Assembly: GCA_023247915.1 (NCBI GenBank)
Contig: JAHFFN010000002.1
Coordinates: 1,202-65,201, forward strand
Origin: Candidatus Omnitrophota bacterium
GTDB lineage: Bacteria; Omnitrophota; Gorgyraeia; 2-02-FULL-51-18
DNA: 64,000 bases
Direction of reading: 5' to 3'
Each line of letters opens with the position of its first letter. Position 1 is the stretch's first letter. A program made the position numbers and the translations under genes. Under the pieces are notes generated by a model. It saw only the letters and a program-made list of their open reading frames with translations. It was not told where the DNA came from and ran no database searches. Below, piece by piece: positions 24,001 through 27,000 of the stretch.

Positions 24001-27000
24001 AAATGCTTACAAAACTACCTATTTTCTTGCCTTTTGTCGGTCGGGTTTCAGAGAAAAAGAAAGCCGCCACTCTTTTTGATTTAGCGCTTCTATTTGGATA
24101 CCGGTTTGCTCAGAAACTGCGAAGTGAGGGGCGTGCAGGAATTGTGCATTTGGCCTCCGATTCGATTCTTATAACACCGGAACCTGTTATTTATAATGGC
24201 GTTACGATGTATGTAGCCCCTGGTACCGTGGAAGGCGCAGAAAGCCGTTTGGGTGTCACTTATGCGGATCCTGAAACTCGACTCGCTCGTATTTTTTACG
24301 AAAAACCAAATCAAGGAGAGATGGAAAAAGATGTGATCTTGAATAGTAGCCATACACTCAAAGAAAGACATCTAAGGCAACTTCGAGTTAATTCGGCGAC
24401 ATGGGTTTGGAGCCAAGAAGACGCAGAGCAACATCGGGTATATATTGAGGCGCTTAAAAATTTTGAAGAGTTTATTCAAGATCGGAAAAAAAGAGGAATT
24501 CCTGTATTTGAGGTAGATATTTCTCGTGAGTTTTTTACCCCACTCACGGCCAATTTGGAAGAATATTTACGCAGAAAAGGGGCTCTTACCGCCCCCCAAA
24601 AAGATTTTTACACGGATGTGTATGCTTATGTCACAAAAAATTTCCCTCCAAAAATTTATATCCCTCATTTTGACCCGCTTGAATCTTTTTATGAGGATTT
24701 GGGAACTCCGAAGCATTTCTGGAGCGTTGTCATGGCGGGTAATCATGTCAGACTTCCAGTGGAAGATGTTTTGGCAAGCGTACTCGGCTTGGAATCTTCC
24801 ACGAATGCCCAGATGGCTGTAACGGCTCGGAGAACTCGAGGAAGAGTCATTGATTCGATTGTAGGCGAAGACGCTGTGTTGGGTTCGAACTCTATTGTTA
24901 TAGACAGCACGCTTCTTGACAACTCGAATGTGGGTAAGGGCGCTATCGTTATAGGGTTAAAAAAGGCTCGCGTCAGCACTAACAATAATACGCTTTTAAT
25001 TCAGGTTCCCGTCGCTTATTTGGGTAAAAAAGATATGTCGGCATTTATTTATGCCGGCCGCGAGATTTTGACGGGTGTGATCAGTGATAAACATACCACG
25101 CTATTCCATCGCCAGGCCAAAGCATTGATCGCTAGCTGGACGGATCCTAGCGGAAATTCCTTAATGAAAACATTGCATATAGATGGTTATGACGATTGGT
25201 CACTTTTAGATTTGCCTATTTGGCCTGTGGCAGAAGTTTTCAATACAAGACTTATCAATTGGATGAATACCAGCAGAGAAGCTACTATGGAATATATCAA
25301 TGCCCCCAAAGTTTCCTTAAGAGAGATACTCAGCACTGTTGATTTTAATCGTATCGGTCAGGCATCTTCACAAGCTGCCAGACTATCATCCGAAAATTTC
25401 ACTAACTTTGTTCCGGATCTTTTGTATGGAAAGCGAATAGTTTTTGACGCGGGTACCCGTGAATTTCAATTTAAAATTACAAGAGATCTATTTGAAAAAA
25501 TTCAATCTCTGGGGGGCGGAACAGTTTACATTTCTTATCTCAATCCAAAAGGTGTTAAAAATTGGGTCGAAAAAGAGATTCAAACAATTCAATTAATCGA
25601 CGACGTTTATAAAATAGCATTGCCGGAAGGCGTAAACGATTTTACTTTATGTGTTAAAGCGGGCACTCAAGAATTTTGGCTTGAGCATAATATTCGAGCA
25701 GTTACAAGAGATCAATTGGTGTCGATTGGCCAAACCCCGTTCGAAGGACTTGAGTTTGAGGGCGCGAATATAGCAATAAGCCAAAAAGATCAGCAAATAA
25801 CTTTACCCGCAGACAGAGTACTCCGAGTGATTGCAAAGTTTGGTCGCAACCCGAAAACCGGTGAAAAGGGATTCCAAGATCCGGACAGAAATATCCAGGT
25901 TATTTTACACTATTTTGATCGTGGCTTAAAAACTTGGCGTAATTCACCCACGGTATTTGTAAGACAAACTTCCGGGCAGTATTACTTTGATGCTACGGTG
26001 CCGGAGAGCGCTGAACAAATAACCTTTGCTGTCTCTCCTTACGGTCGCATCATTAGCGCCACTGATTCTGACTCCGATCATGACAAATGGTTAGGGACAA
26101 ATTTGACGGTTGTCCAGCAGGCGGGAGCTCGCCTTTCCCAAGAAGAAACCATCCAACGAATCAAAGCTTCCGGGGCGGGAATTCTTACGGGGAATCAGGC
26201 TCAAGCATTTTCAAATACCGAATTCCTGGTGGCTACGAATAATTTGGCTGCTGTGGAGTCGTTGGATGTCGCGGCGCCGGTGAAACCCGTGTTTGCGTTA
26301 AATTTTGACGATATGTCCGTTTCCAATTTAAATCTGGATACAATTTTCGCGACCACGAGACTTTCTGACCTGACAATTCAAAGAATGTTGAAGAAGAAGC
26401 CGGAACTTGTTATTTTCCAGAAAGTGCCCGCTGTGAGTGCAACTAACGCAAACAAAGCCGACATTTTAAATCAAATTCAGACACAAATTAATCAAGCTCG
26501 TGCGGCTGGAGCCAAGGGAGTCAATCTCACTTATCAAATCTCAGTTCAAGAGCTCAAAGAGATCGCCGATAGAAATAAAGACATGCTGATCGCTGTGACC
26601 GGGGTGTCCGAGCGGGAGCTCCCGCTTGTCTATAGAATCGCTGAAAACGTGATTCCTTTTGTGACACCGGGATCCGTTGAGATGCTTCAAGAATTGTCCC
26701 CTTTGGAAAATATCGAAACAGTTTTGCGGAGAGAACTGTCCCATATTGATATTTTCGGAACCGCTTTCCTGTACGAACAAGGCATTACCCATCATTTGAT
26801 TGATTTCAAAAAACGATCCAACATGAGAGCTTGGTCGGCAGAAAAACTCGACGCAGACCCGGACGGCAGAACTCTGGAAAAGAAGATTAAGATTGTTACT
26901 ATTGAAGCATTTCGTTATGAGATTCTAATTCAATCAGAATACAACGATAAGATTTTTAAAGGGTATAAAGTCGATATTTTTCCTTACGATGCCTTAAGTC

